Source: Verrucomicrobiales bacterium
GTDB lineage: Bacteria > Verrucomicrobiota > Verrucomicrobiia > Verrucomicrobiales > Verrucomicrobiaceae
Length of the DNA: 64,000 bases
NCBI GenBank assembly: GCA_043770175.1
Contig: JAYVIO010000332.1
Span: 2,213-66,212 of the forward strand
Direction: 5' to 3'
Shown here: in pieces, positions 52,643 through 62,802 of the stretch
How the letters are laid out: each line of letters begins with the position of its first letter
Position numbering within the stretch: the stretch's first letter is position 1
Notes under the pieces: model-generated
Told to the model about the DNA's origin: nothing
The model's input: only the letters and a program-made list of their open reading frames with translations
The model's database searches: none
Program-made: the position numbers and the translations under genes

Positions 52643-55600
52643 ATGGACGCCCCTGCCAACACTCCCGGCCCCACACCCACCGGCTACCAGCGCACGCAAG
52701 CAGGCGGGTTCAAATGGATGGCTCCCTCCGCCGAGCAGCTCGCCACACTGCTGCCGCAGTATGACATTGAATCTCTCCTCGGCCGTGGCGGCATGGGCGC
52801 GGTTTACAAAGGCAGGCAGAAGTCGCTCGACCGCGCCGTCGCCATCAAAATCCTGCCGCCCGAGGTCGATCACGACGACGCCAGCTACACCGAACGCTTC
52901 AAGAACGAAGCGCGCATCATGGCACGGCTCGACCACCCCGCCATCGTTCCTGTTTATGATTTCGGTGAGACCAGCGCAGGTCAGCTCTACATCGTCATGG
53001 CTTTTGTCGATGGCACCGATGTTGCCCAGATGATCAACAGCCAGAAGCGCCTGCCGCCCGAGCATGCGCTCGCCATCGCTGCGCATGTTTGCGATGCGCT
53101 CGGCTACGCGCACACCCACGGCGTCGTCCATCGCGACATCAAGCCGGCCAACGTCCTCATCAACATGGAAGGCCAGGTCAAAGTCGCCGACTTCGGCCTT
53201 GCGAAACTCGACGAATCCGGCACCACCGGCCTCACGAAAACCGGCATAGCCATGGGCACGCCCGATTATGTGGCTCCTGAAGCCCTCATCATGGGCACGC
53301 AGATCGATGGCCGCGCCGATCTGTATGCCATCGGCGTCATGCTCTACCACATGCTCACCGGCGAGGTGCCGCGTGGTGCCTTTGACCTCCCCGGCAAACG
53401 CCTCGGCACCGATCCCCGCTTTGACGCCATCATCCTGAAAGCGATGAAGATGGATCGAGCCGAGCGCTATCAATCCAGCGCCGAACTCCGCCGCGATCTC
53501 GATGTCATCCTCACCGTGCCGCTCGTGCAAACTGGCGGCCACAGCAGCGTCGCCATCCCCGTGCAATCGCTGCCTGCCCGCAATGCTTCGCATAGCGTTG
53601 CAAGCGGGCCACCGAAGCCCGTCGCCAAAGGGCCGCAGCAGTCCCCTCGTAGCCACGTTCGCCAGAACGTGGAGCAGCGACCTCAGCACCACGCTCTGGC
53701 GAGCGCGGCTACACCGAAATCCAAAACTCCGCTCCTCATCGGTCTCGCCGCCGCCGCAGCCGCCGCCGCCATCGGCGCATTCATCATCTTCAGACCAGCG
53801 CCACAGCGTGAAGCCAAAGTAGTCCAGAGCTTTAGCTCGATTCCAGCCACGCCGAATCCAACACCAGCCCCGACGATCGTTCCACCGCCAACCGAATCGA
53901 AGCGCACTCCCACAGTTACCACCACGACCGGCTCCGCCAGCACCGTCACGCCGCCAAAGACCATTGCCACCACGCCAGCCGCCACACCGACGAAACCCGC
54001 TGCTGCCATGGCCGAGGCAAAGCCAGCCGCCCCGCCGCCTTCCGCAGCCACCAGTATTCCCGCCAAACCTAGCCCGGTGCCCGCGCGCCTGCCCGACCCG
54101 GCGAAGTGGGTGAAAGTGTTCGAGACGCCGGAGAGTCTTGCCCTATTTGGTGACAATGCCCTGTGGACCGATGGCGGCATCAAGCTCAAGAGCACAATTA
54201 CAGTTCCAAGCATCACACTCACGGATGGTGCCCTGCGTGCGAGGATACGCTTGGGCACCATTGTTTATCTCGGTCTGCGTAATGGCGCGCAACGCTTCCG
54301 CGTCGCGAAAGTTGACGGCGTCACCCAGATAATCACCGTCCAGAAACGTAGTGGCACGTCCTCGGACGAGACCATGGCAACGTTCTCATTTAAATCCTCG
54401 TCCACCACAACGACGGATATCGAGGTTGAGTTGCTCGCCGTCGGCAAGGTCATAAGTGTTTCCGTCGATGGTAAAGTAGTAGGCAGCCTCCTTGACAACG
54501 AGGAACCTTACGGGGGCACCGTCTCGCTCTACAGCAGCACCGATGGCCTCGTCCGCGACATCGCCTGGCAATCGCTCGAAGCCCCAAACCCCGCCGACGA
54601 AAAACTCGCCACGCTGGAGCGCGCGTATCAGGAGCGGATCAAGAGCGAGGCGGATGCGCCGTTCGAGACCGCCGTGGCCGAGTTGGCGGCCAAGCTCAAG
54701 GCCGCCCTGGAGCGCACCGTGCCCAACGTGCGCGGCACGCCCACCGAGGCGCTGCTCCGTGCGGAGATCTCCCGCATCGAGAAGAAGGACCCCATCCCGC
54801 CCGCCGATGAGCCGAAGATTCCCGGCCTGCTCGTCACCCTGCGCAAGACCTGGCACACCGAGCTTGCCAAGCTCCTCGTCACCCGCATCCAGAACGCCGC
54901 CCCCGCGAAGCAGGCCCAGGACCAAGCCCTTGCCGCCTTGCAGAAGGAACTGGAGGACAAAGGCGACATCACCCGCGCCGAGCGCATCAAGCTGGCCCGC
55001 GCCCATTTGCAGAAGGCGGATGCCCTGCCCGTCTCCGGTGGTCTCGCCGCAGTGAAGAAAGGCCCGCTCAACGTGCGCCACACCAAGGCCGGGAAGCTCA
55101 AGATGATTGGGTGTATGGGCAATGCAGGCATGCCGCTGAACGCGGAACCATTCGCGGCATACAACGACTTTGTGCAGGTGGTTGCTAATCCACTGGCCTT
55201 TGCCGCCCTTCGTGCCAATGGCGGTGCCATCATTCAGAGAAAAAACAAAGAGGTCTTGGAAACTTTCATTCACGAAACTCCGCCTTTGAGCAAGCTCATC
55301 GTCCGACAGGGTTCGGTCTGGGGGTTGACTGAAGATGGTCGAGTCGTCCAACTAAGAGTGAGCGGAGAAAATGTCCGAGGCCCGTGGGATAAGCTGGACG
55401 GCGTGTCTGACTTCAGCGGAGGTGACCAAGGCAAGTTTTGTGCGGGCTTGCGAGCGGATGGCACCGTCATGCTTGTCGCAGCAAATACTCCCGGCGAGTG
55501 GTTGCCCAAGCCTGAATCATTGCCAAAGGCTAAAGCGGTGTCGTGTGACAATCAGAGCCTGATCATCCTCACAGAGTCAGGGGCTATCATGGCATGGCAC

Positions 55601-55984
55601 GAGTCCGGTTTAGAAGTGAAAGCGCCACCTCCATTACGTCGGGGGATTGTGCGTTGGGTTGGGCCAGGCTTGTCGCTGAATACAACTGAGAAAGTGATGG
55701 TTTGGAGTGGCGCATTTTTGGACAAACAAGGCGATCTGCACACGGAGACAGGTGGTGTTTTCAAGATGGCTGCGGATCATGTGGAAGATGTGGAAGGCAC
55801 AATCGTCAATTTTCATTGGCGTCGAAAGGGGAAGCCCTGGGTCATTAACGGGATCAGCCAGTTTGGTGAAATCGAAAAGGCACAGGAAGTGCTCGCCAAG
55901 AGTGCCCCGATCTCCTGGCAGTGTTGTTCGTCCAGTCTAGGCGGCGGTATGGGTTCTACCGGCATCTTCGTCTGGATCGAGTGA
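52643..55984 (+). CDS. Membrane-anchored Hanks-type Ser/Thr protein kinase with mosaic extracytoplasmic domains
   Basis: LGRGGMGAVY, HRDIKPAN, DFG, GTPDYVAPE; TM segment LLIGLAAAAAAAAIGAFIIF; Pro/Thr linker; RCC1-like repeats near the C-terminus. Confidence 0.92.
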   Translation: MDAPANTPGPTPTGYQRTQAGGFKWMAPSAEQLATLLPQYDIESLLGRGGMGAVYKGRQKSLDRAVAIKILPPEVDHDDASYTERFKNEARIMARLDHPAIVPVYDFGETSAGQLYIVMAFVDGTDVAQMINSQKRLPPEHALAIAAHVCDALGYAHTHGVVHRDIKPANVLINMEGQVKVADFGLAKLDESGTTGLTKTGIAMGTPDYVAPEALIMGTQIDGRADLYAIGVMLYHMLTGEVPRGAFDLPGKRLGTDPRFDAIILKAMKMDRAERYQSSAELRRDLDVILTVPLVQTGGHSSVAIPVQSLPARNASHSVASGPPKPVAKGPQQSPRSHVRQNVEQRPQHHALASAATPKSKTPLLIGLAAAAAAAAIGAFIIFRPAPQREAKVVQSFSSIPATPNPTPAPTIVPPPTESKRTPTVTTTTGSASTVTPPKTIATTPAATPTKPAAAMAEAKPAAPPPSAATSIPAKPSPVPARLPDPAKWVKVFETPESLALFGDNALWTDGGIKLKSTITVPSITLTDGALRARIRLGTIVYLGLRNGAQRFRVAKVDGVTQIITVQKRSGTSSDETMATFSFKSSSTTTTDIEVELLAVGKVISVSVDGKVVGSLLDNEEPYGGTVSLYSSTDGLVRDIAWQSLEAPNPADEKLATLERAYQERIKSEADAPFETAVAELAAKLKAALERTVPNVRGTPTEALLRAEISRIEKKDPIPPADEPKIPGLLVTLRKTWHTELAKLLVTRIQNAAPAKQAQDQALAALQKELEDKGDITRAERIKLARAHLQKADALPVSGGLAAVKKGPLNVRHTKAGKLKMIGCMGNAGMPLNAEPFAAYNDFVQVVANPLAFAALRANGGAIIQRKNKEVLETFIHETPPLSKLIVRQGSVWGLTEDGRVVQLRVSGENVRGPWDKLDGVSDFSGGDQGKFCAGLRADGTVMLVAANTPGEWLPKPESLPKAKAVSCDNQSLIILTESGAIMAWHESGLEVKAPPPLRRGIVRWVGPGLSLNTTEKVMVWSGAFLDKQGDLHTETGGVFKMAADHVEDVEGTIVNFHWRRKGKPWVINGISQFGEIEKAQEVLAKSAPISWQCCSSSLGGGMGSTGIFVWIE

Positions 55985-56181
55985 TCCAGCTGAGCGCGAA
56001 GCGTCTTGGAGTGCGGTGGCGTAGCAGCCTCTCCCGCAGCGCCCCTGATGCCCGGAGCCGGGCCGCATGCTTCAACATTCCGGCATTGATGCGCTGCGCT
56101 TCCCTGCGGACTGCCTTCAGCAATCTGTCTTGATGCTCCCGGCTCGACATTCGTCATTCCGCATGCTAAACACCCGGCCCC

Positions 56182-56994
56182 ATGTCCGCCCCCACCAACC
56201 GCATCGACGCCCGTTTTGCCCAGCTTCGCACCACGCAGAAGAAGGCATTCGTGGCCTACGTCTGCGCCGGTGATCCCACCCTCGATGCCACCATCGACAT
56301 CGTGCTCGCACTGGAGCGTGCGGGAGCGGACATCGTGGAACTCGGCGTGCCTTTTTCCGATCCACTGGCTGATGGCGTCGTCAATCAATTGGCCGCCGAC
56401 CGCGCCCTGCGTGCCGGAGCATCGACGCCACTCGTGCTAGAGATGATCAAGAAGCTGCGCACGAAGTCCCAGGTGCCACTGGTCCTGTTCACTTACCTCA
56501 ATCCCGTCTATACCTACGGCTACGAGCGTTTCCACATCGACGCCGCTGCTGCCGGAGCCGATGGCGTGCTTGTTCTCGACCTGCCGCCCGATGAAGCAGC
56601 ACAAAATGCTGAATTGAAGCCCACCGCCGAACTGCGGCATATCCAACTCATCGCACCAACAACCCCCGCCGACCGCATCGCCAGCATTGCCAAGAGCGCG
56701 GAAGGCTTCGTTTATTACGTGTCGCGTCTCGGCGTCACCGGCGCACAGGCAAAGATCGCCACCGGCATCGCTGAGCAGGTCGCCATCATCAAGGCAGCCA
56801 CCGATGTGCCAGTCTGCGTCGGTTTCGGCGTATCGAACCCTGAACAAGCTGCAGAAATCGCCAGCAAAGCCGACGGCGTCGTCGTCGGCAGCGCCATCGT
56901 CAAATTGATCGAGCAAAACGGCTCCAGCCCCGATTGCGCCGCCAAAGTCGAAGCCTTCGTCAAACCACTCGTTGATGCCGTACACGCACTCTAA
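56182..56994 (+). CDS. trpA: Tryptophan synthase alpha chain
   Basis: ELGVPFSDPLADG, YYVSRLGVTG, VGFGVS. Confidence 0.97.
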   Translation: MSAPTNRIDARFAQLRTTQKKAFVAYVCAGDPTLDATIDIVLALERAGADIVELGVPFSDPLADGVVNQLAADRALRAGASTPLVLEMIKKLRTKSQVPLVLFTYLNPVYTYGYERFHIDAAAAGADGVLVLDLPPDEAAQNAELKPTAELRHIQLIAPTTPADRIASIAKSAEGFVYYVSRLGVTGAQAKIATGIAEQVAIIKAATDVPVCVGFGVSNPEQAAEIASKADGVVVGSAIVKLIEQNGSSPDCAAKVEAFVKPLVDAVHAL

Positions 56995-57000
56995 TTTCCC

Positions 57001-57813
57001 ATGACCCTGCAATTCACCAAAATGAACGGTGCCGGCAATGACTTCGTCATGCTGGACAATCGCGATCTCAGCCTCGCGCTGACCAAAAATCAAATCGAGC
57101 GCCTCTGTGACCGCCATCGCGGCATCGGTGCCGATGGTTTGCTCTGTGTTGAACCTGCAACCCAAGGCGGCGACTTCAAGATGCGCTACTACAATGCCGA
57201 CGGCGGCGAAGCCGAGATGTGCGGCAATGGCGCACGTTGTTTCGGCCGCTTTGTGAATCACCTGCACGGAGACAAGCTCACGAAGATTGCCTTCGAGACC
57301 CTCGCGGGCATGATCAGCGCTGAATTTGAAGGCAGCCAAGTGCGCATCAACATGAGTGCTCCGCACAGCCTCAAGCTCGCGCAAACTCTGCACGTCGCTG
57401 GCACCGAACTCACCGTCCATAGCGTCAACACTGGTGTCCCGCATGCCGTCGTGTTCGCCGATAACCTCGAAAGCGTGCCCGTATGCGAATGGGGTGCCGG
57501 ACTGCGCTATCACGAGGCCTTCAAGCCTAAAGGCACGAATGCGAACTTCGCCAAAGTCATCGCCCCCGGCAGCATTTCTATCCGCACCTACGAACGCGGC
57601 GTCGAAGGGGAAACCCTCGCCTGCGGCACCGGCATGGTCGCCTGCGCCCTCATCCATCATGAACTTACCGGCGCTTCAAGCCCCGTTTCCGTCCTCGTCA
57701 AAGGCGGCGACACACTCAAAGTCGGCTTTGAAGAGCCGAAAAAGAGCGAATACACCAATGTGACCCTGTTCGGCCCGGCAGATTTCGTTTTCCAAGGCAC
57801 CGTTCAACTCTAA
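57001..57813 (+). CDS. dapF: Diaminopimelate epimerase
   Basis: KMNGAGNDF, EMCGNGARC, ERGVEGETLACGTG. Confidence 0.97.
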   Translation: MTLQFTKMNGAGNDFVMLDNRDLSLALTKNQIERLCDRHRGIGADGLLCVEPATQGGDFKMRYYNADGGEAEMCGNGARCFGRFVNHLHGDKLTKIAFETLAGMISAEFEGSQVRINMSAPHSLKLAQTLHVAGTELTVHSVNTGVPHAVVFADNLESVPVCEWGAGLRYHEAFKPKGTNANFAKVIAPGSISIRTYERGVEGETLACGTGMVACALIHHELTGASSPVSVLVKGGDTLKVGFEEPKKSEYTNVTLFGPADFVFQGTVQL

Positions 57814-57842
57814 GCTCCACGCCCTTCGCCCCCCCGCTTCCC

Positions 57843-58724
57843 ATGTTCGCAGGCACGCACACCGCCATCGTCACCCCTTTCAAAAACGGCCAAATTGATG
57901 AGGCCGCGCTCAAATCACTCGTCGATTTCCAATTCGACAACGGTGTGACCGGCATCGTGCCTTGCGGCACGACGGGTGAGTCGCCCACGCTTGATTACGA
58001 CGAGCATGAGCGCGTCGTGAAACTCAGTGTCGAGTTCGCGAAAGGCCGTGGCATCGTCATGGCGGGCACGGGATCGAATTCCACGCGTGAGGCCATCGAA
58101 CTCACCCAGGAAGCCGAAGCCGCCGGTGCCACCGCGTCGCTGCAAGTCGCTCCCTATTACAACAAGCCGACTCCTGAAGGCCTGTATCAGCATTTCAAAG
58201 CCATCGCCGACAATACCAAGCTGCCGCTCATGCTCTACAGCATCCCCGGACGCTGCGGCATCGAGATCGGCCTCGACGTGCTCATTCGCCTCGCGGAGAA
58301 CTGCCCGAACATCCGCTCCATCAAGGAAGCCGGCGGCAATCCTGAGCGTGTCAGCCAGATGAAGCAGGTGCTTCCAGCTGATTTTGAGATCCTGTCCGGC
58401 GACGATGGCCTGACCCTGCCATTCATGTCGGTGGGTGGTGTCGGCATTGTCAGCGTCGCATCAAACCTGATCCCAAAACCGATCAGCGAGATGGTCCAAC
58501 TCGCCCTCAAAGGCGATTACGCAGCCGCTTTGAAGATCCACACGCGCTACTACCCGCTCTTCGCCGCCTTCCTCAAGCTCGCCACCAATCCCATCCCGAT
58601 CAAAACCGCGATGGCTTTGGCAGGACACTGCACCGACGAACTGCGGCTGCCACTGGTGGGCATGGAACAGGCCAAGATTGAGGAACTCAAGGCCACGTTG
58701 AAGAAGCTGGGCATCATCGGGTAG
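57843..58724 (+). CDS. dapA: 4-hydroxy-tetrahydrodipicolinate synthase
   Basis: GTTGESPTL, PYYNKP, LYSIPGR, IKEA, LSGDD. Confidence 0.97.
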   Translation: MFAGTHTAIVTPFKNGQIDEAALKSLVDFQFDNGVTGIVPCGTTGESPTLDYDEHERVVKLSVEFAKGRGIVMAGTGSNSTREAIELTQEAEAAGATASLQVAPYYNKPTPEGLYQHFKAIADNTKLPLMLYSIPGRCGIEIGLDVLIRLAENCPNIRSIKEAGGNPERVSQMKQVLPADFEILSGDDGLTLPFMSVGGVGIVSVASNLIPKPISEMVQLALKGDYAAALKIHTRYYPLFAAFLKLATNPIPIKTAMALAGHCTDELRLPLVGMEQAKIEELKATLKKLGIIG

Positions 58725-58762
58725 CCGCTGGACAGTTTGCTCCGCATGCGCATCAATGGCGC

Positions 58763-59359
58763 ATGCGGGTTCTTCGCCTCACCAGCCTCCTTTTGCTTCT
58801 GGGACTCTCCAGTTGCTCCTACTTCCTTGGCAAGGCGGCCAGTTTGGGAATGTTTCCCAATAAATCGCGAGCCGACAACCGCCTTGGTGAAGCCAAGGTG
58901 ATCGGCGTGATTGAACTGGTGAACCCCGAGCAGAACTACGTGCTCATCAACTGTGAGCAGCGGCTGAACATTCCCGCAGGCACGGAAATCGTCTCGCAAA
59001 ACGCCGACGGCTCAAAGACGAAGCTCAAAGTGTCGCCTGAACGCAAAGGCAACTACATCACGGCTGACATCAAGGAAGGCATGCCGCAACTGCGCGATAT
59101 CGTGTTGTACAAGATCAAGCCGGGTGAAGTCCCTGCCCCCGCTCCGGTGACTACCACAGCGGGAGGTGCTGTCGTGCCGCTGACACCGGTCATGCAGGCA
59201 GATGTGATTCCACCGCTGGACGCCCCCTACCAGCCGCTGGCACCGGTCAAGCCTGCACCCAGCCCTGCTCCGCCACCGCTACTCAAGGCACCGCCCGCAA
59301 CGCCTTCTGAGCCTGAGCCGACTCCAGATCTCAGCAAGCTGCCGCCTGTCGTCCGATGA
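58763..59359 (+). CDS. Hypothetical lipoprotein with Pro-rich tail
   Basis: Lipobox LSSC; small beta domain followed by a Pro/Ala-rich C-terminus. Confidence 0.75.
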   Translation: MRVLRLTSLLLLLGLSSCSYFLGKAASLGMFPNKSRADNRLGEAKVIGVIELVNPEQNYVLINCEQRLNIPAGTEIVSQNADGSKTKLKVSPERKGNYITADIKEGMPQLRDIVLYKIKPGEVPAPAPVTTTAGGAVVPLTPVMQADVIPPLDAPYQPLAPVKPAPSPAPPPLLKAPPATPSEPEPTPDLSKLPPVVR

Positions 59360-60552
59360 TTTCCGAAAGCGCAGCGCTCGAACGCATTCTGGCAGCGGTG
59401 GCACCGATGCAGGTCGTGTCAGAGGCATTGTTTGAAGCCTTGGATCGTTATGCAGCGCAGAATGTGACCGCCGCGGTGCCGATTCCGGCTTTCGATCAAT
59501 CGTCGATGGATGGCTACGCGCTCATCGCGTCTGAAAGCACCGACAAAACAGCGCTGCGAGTCACTGGCGAGCAGGCGGCGGGATTAGATCTCGGATTGAA
59601 ACTCGCATCTGGATGCGCCGTGCGCATTTTCACCGGTGCACCGCTTCCCGCTGGAGCAGATGCGGTGATCATGCAGGAGGATGTGCGGCGTGATGGTGAT
59701 CACATCGTCTGCCAGGAGCCAGTCGTTGCGGGCGAGAACATTCGGCGTGCGGGCGCAGACTTGTGCCAGGGCCAGATCGTGATGCGGGAGGGCGAAAAAA
59801 TCACCCCCGGCAGGCTGGCCGTGCTGGCATCGCAAGGCTTGGAGAAAATTCAGGTGCGTGCGCTGCCGCGTGTGGCGGTGTTGAGCACGGGCGATGAACT
59901 GGTGCAACCCGGCGCAGGTCCGTTGCGAGCGGGACAGATTTACAACACCAACGGCCTCATGCTGCGCGGCCTGCTGGCGCGTCTGGGCATTCGCAACAGC
60001 CTGCAGGTGCATTGCCGCGATGATTTGCAGACCACCATCGAGACGTTGCGACAACTGATGGATGGAAACGATGTCCTGCTGCTCAGCGGCGGTGTTTCCG
60101 TCGGTGATCACGATCAGATCAAGCCTGCGTTGCAACAGCTCGGCATCGAGCCGCAGCTCTGGCGGGTGAAAGTGAAGCCTGGGAAGCCGTTTCTCTATGC
60201 GTCGCGATCTGAGCCGCACATGACCCATATCTTCGGACTGCCGGGTAATCCGGTGTCGTCTTTCGTGACCTTTCTGCTGTTTGTGCGGCCCGCCTTGCTC
60301 AAGATGATAGGCGCAAGCGATCAACATCTCGCACCACGTTTGGTGCCAGTGCTGGCTGGAGCAACGCTCGATAATCCAGGTGATCGCCCGCATTATCTGC
60401 GAGGCACACTCACGAACGGCCAGTTCATGCCCTTTGGAATGCAACAGAGCCATGCATTGCTTTCCTTGAGCCGCTCAGAGGCGCTGCTGCGCCTTGATGC
60501 CGGTCAAACGCTGCAAGCAGGCGACGCTGCTCAGGCGTGGTTGCTGGATTGA
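59356..60552 (+). CDS. moeA: Molybdopterin molybdotransferase
   Basis: [49 protein letters not shown]. Confidence 0.95.
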   Translation: MISESAALERILAAVAPMQVVSEALFEALDRYAAQNVTAAVPIPAFDQSSMDGYALIASESTDKTALRVTGEQAAGLDLGLKLASGCAVRIFTGAPLPAGADAVIMQEDVRRDGDHIVCQEPVVAGENIRRAGADLCQGQIVMREGEKITPGRLAVLASQGLEKIQVRALPRVAVLSTGDELVQPGAGPLRAGQIYNTNGLMLRGLLARLGIRNSLQVHCRDDLQTTIETLRQLMDGNDVLLLSGGVSVGDHDQIKPALQQLGIEPQLWRVKVKPGKPFLYASRSEPHMTHIFGLPGNPVSSFVTFLLFVRPALLKMIGASDQHLAPRLVPVLAGATLDNPGDRPHYLRGTLTNGQFMPFGMQQSHALLSLSRSEALLRLDAGQTLQAGDAAQAWLLD

Positions 60553-60596
60553 TTGGTTGCGCACTCATCGCGGCCATTCATTCTGCGCAACCTCAC

Positions 60597-61199
60597 ATGG
60601 AACACGTTCTCGTCATCACCCGCCGTCTTTTCGACGCTCTCGGCAGCTTTCAAGGCTTTCAACCCGATGCCCCGCGCTATTTGCATGCGATGCTGGCCCC
60701 AGGAGCCAATCATTTCATGGAGCGTCCCGCTGCTGAAAAGGATCCCACGCACAAACAACTCATCCCCTACACGATTTTCCATCATGCGGGCCGTTATGTC
60801 AGCTATACCCGCGGCGGCAGCTCGGGCGAGAAACGCTTGGTGGCGAAACGCTCCATCGGCATTGGCGGTCACATCAATCCCGTGGATGCCGGTCAGGACG
60901 GTCTTGGTGAAACGATGTACTACAACGGCGTCGAGCGTGAGATGGCCGAGGAGCTGGTCATCGGCGGCACGCACACACAGAAGGTCATCGGTTTGATCAA
61001 CGACGATGCGACAGAGGTCGGCAGCGTTCACCTCGGCGTCGTGCATTTCTTTGATCTCAACAGCGACGAGGTGCGATCGAACGAGGATGCCATCCAGGAC
61101 CTGCGGTTTCACACGCTGGAGGAACTGCATGCTATGCGCGACCAGTTGGAAACGTGGTCGCAGATCTGCGTGGACCACCTCTGGAGCGTTCAAAAATAA
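60597..61199 (+). CDS. Predicted NUDIX-family phosphoesterase
   Basis: KQLIPY, SIGIGGHINP, REMAEEL and VHLGVV motifs; start trimmed to the ATG at 60597. Confidence 0.8.
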   Translation: MEHVLVITRRLFDALGSFQGFQPDAPRYLHAMLAPGANHFMERPAAEKDPTHKQLIPYTIFHHAGRYVSYTRGGSSGEKRLVAKRSIGIGGHINPVDAGQDGLGETMYYNGVEREMAEELVIGGTHTQKVIGLINDDATEVGSVHLGVVHFFDLNSDEVRSNEDAIQDLRFHTLEELHAMRDQLETWSQICVDHLWSVQK

Positions 61200-61264
61200 C
61201 TGAAATCAGCCGCCCGGGAAGAAATGCTTGTCTGTTTGCACAACGAGTGGTTTCCTTTCCTCCA

Positions 61265-61912
61265 ATGGAAGAATCACCCCTCAGCGCCGCAGCGACTCCC
61301 ATCGCTTCGCTGATCCAACCACCCGCGCCCAACAGCAGTGCAGCGGAGGATCGCATCCTCGTTGACCGGGCGCAGGCGGGTGACACCAAGGCCTTCGACG
61401 ACCTTGTGCGTAAATACACGCCCAAGCTCTACGGTCTCATTTATAACATGACCTCGAACCGGGAGGACACCGCCGACCTGCTGCAGGACGTGTTTGCCAA
61501 GGCCTACCGCTCCATCAAGCGCTTCATGGGCAAGTCTTCGTTCTATACGTGGATTTACTCCATTGCAGTGAACATGAGCCTGAATTTTCTCAAGAAGCGC
61601 GGGCGCTACCACAAGGTCAGTCTTGACGATGTAGATACCGGCATTGAGAACGATCCCGAATTCATCCGCGTGACCACGGCCAACTCCGGCACGCTTCGAG
61701 AAGTGAACATCCATGAGCTGCAAAAAAGGTTGAACGCAGCCATGATGAAGCTGTCCGAAGATCACCGCACGGTGGTGACTCTGTATGATGTACAAGGTCA
61801 CCAGCATGCCGAAATCAGCAAGATACTCGGAGTCTCGGAAGGGACGGTCAGATCCAGATTGTTTTACGCCCATCGCCTGCTCCAGACTTATCTTGAAGAT
61901 TTTGTGAAATAA
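61265..61912 (+). CDS. ECF-type RNA polymerase sigma factor
   Basis: Region 2 (DLLQDVFAKAY...FYTWIYSIAVN) and region 4 (EISKILGVSEGTVRSRLFYA). Confidence 0.93.
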   Translation: MEESPLSAAATPIASLIQPPAPNSSAAEDRILVDRAQAGDTKAFDDLVRKYTPKLYGLIYNMTSNREDTADLLQDVFAKAYRSIKRFMGKSSFYTWIYSIAVNMSLNFLKKRGRYHKVSLDDVDTGIENDPEFIRVTTANSGTLREVNIHELQKRLNAAMMKLSEDHRTVVTLYDVQGHQHAEISKILGVSEGTVRSRLFYAHRLLQTYLEDFVK

Positions 61913-61957
61913 CCCCGCGCCATTCACGAAATTAACACACACAACCCACAGCACGCC

Positions 61958-62497
61958 ATGAGTGAGTTTGAAGATATCCAGCGGTTGATCCGATTGAAAA
62001 GGTTTGAACAGCCTGAAGAAGGGTTCACAGAAGACTTCCTCCAGAAGTTTCATCAGCGGCAGCGGGCGGAGATGCTGAAGCAATCATCCCTCGAACTGCT
62101 CTGGGAACGCGCCACCACCTGGTGGGGCAACTTGTTCGTGCCCAAGTGGGGCATGGCTGCCGCTGCTATGGCGGTTTGCGCCATGGGGCTCAGGATGCTT
62201 TCGCAAAGCGCTGACACTCCAGCGCCTGCACTCACCGCAGTGCCAGCGGCGGTGCCGACATTCCCGGAGAAGCCTTTCATTCCCAAGATGGATCTCAGCG
62301 ACCTTCCGCTGGCAAACATGGCCGAACGCGGCAATGCCACGCTCGAAGACACGCTGCTCCGCAAACATCTCGAAGTGCGCTCTTCGCTCGAAGGCAATGT
62401 CTCCCCCTTGCCTGCTGGTGGTTGGCAGAAAGCCCCCGGCTTGAAAGATCTGACTCCCGCTACGGCGCATGGCACCGAAGCAGGCGCTGACAAGTAA
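61958..62497 (+). CDS. Single-TM protein, probable anti-sigma factor
   Basis: Directly downstream of the ECF sigma gene; short cytoplasmic N-domain, one TM segment, C-terminal tail. Confidence 0.6.
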   Translation: MSEFEDIQRLIRLKRFEQPEEGFTEDFLQKFHQRQRAEMLKQSSLELLWERATTWWGNLFVPKWGMAAAAMAVCAMGLRMLSQSADTPAPALTAVPAAVPTFPEKPFIPKMDLSDLPLANMAERGNATLEDTLLRKHLEVRSSLEGNVSPLPAGGWQKAPGLKDLTPATAHGTEAGADK

Positions 62498-62596
62498 TCA
62501 CGCATTCGCTTCCACGTCGGTGGGTGGTCGTGCCCACCGGCGGTTAAAACTTCTCTTTGCCAGCAGGTCGGACCCGGCGTAAAAAGTACGCCGTTC

Positions 62597-62659
62597 ATGG
62601 TCAACCGCCCTGACATCTGCCCAATCAGCCGAATTAGCATCGGACTCCTCTGCGCCTGA
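62597..62659 (+). promoter_or_regulatory. Putative leader peptide (uORF) MVNRPDICPISRISIGLLCA upstream of cimA
   Basis: 20 codons with 4 Ile, 2 Leu and 1 Val; the stop lies inside a long hairpin at 62641-62677. Confidence 0.6.
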
Positions 62660-62802
62660 CGCAGCTGAGGGAGTCCGTTGGTTTCATCCATGCCCGCGCT
62701 CCAAGCGCTCCCGGCAGCCGGCGTCCCGGAACCTTAGGCAACTGCCATCCGGCCTGTTTTCTCATTGCACACCCCTTCCACCCTCTCCATTTCCATACCC
62801 AC

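Noticed and set aside
55985-56181. Trp leader peptide/attenuator upstream of trpA
   Set aside because: The short uORF examined (MPGAGPHASTFRH) has no Trp codons; the region looks like repeat-derived sequence.
59356-60552. Isolated moeA without other Moco genes or a riboswitch
   Set aside because: Dispersed moeA is common, and its start overlaps the upstream gene, leaving no room for a leader RNA.
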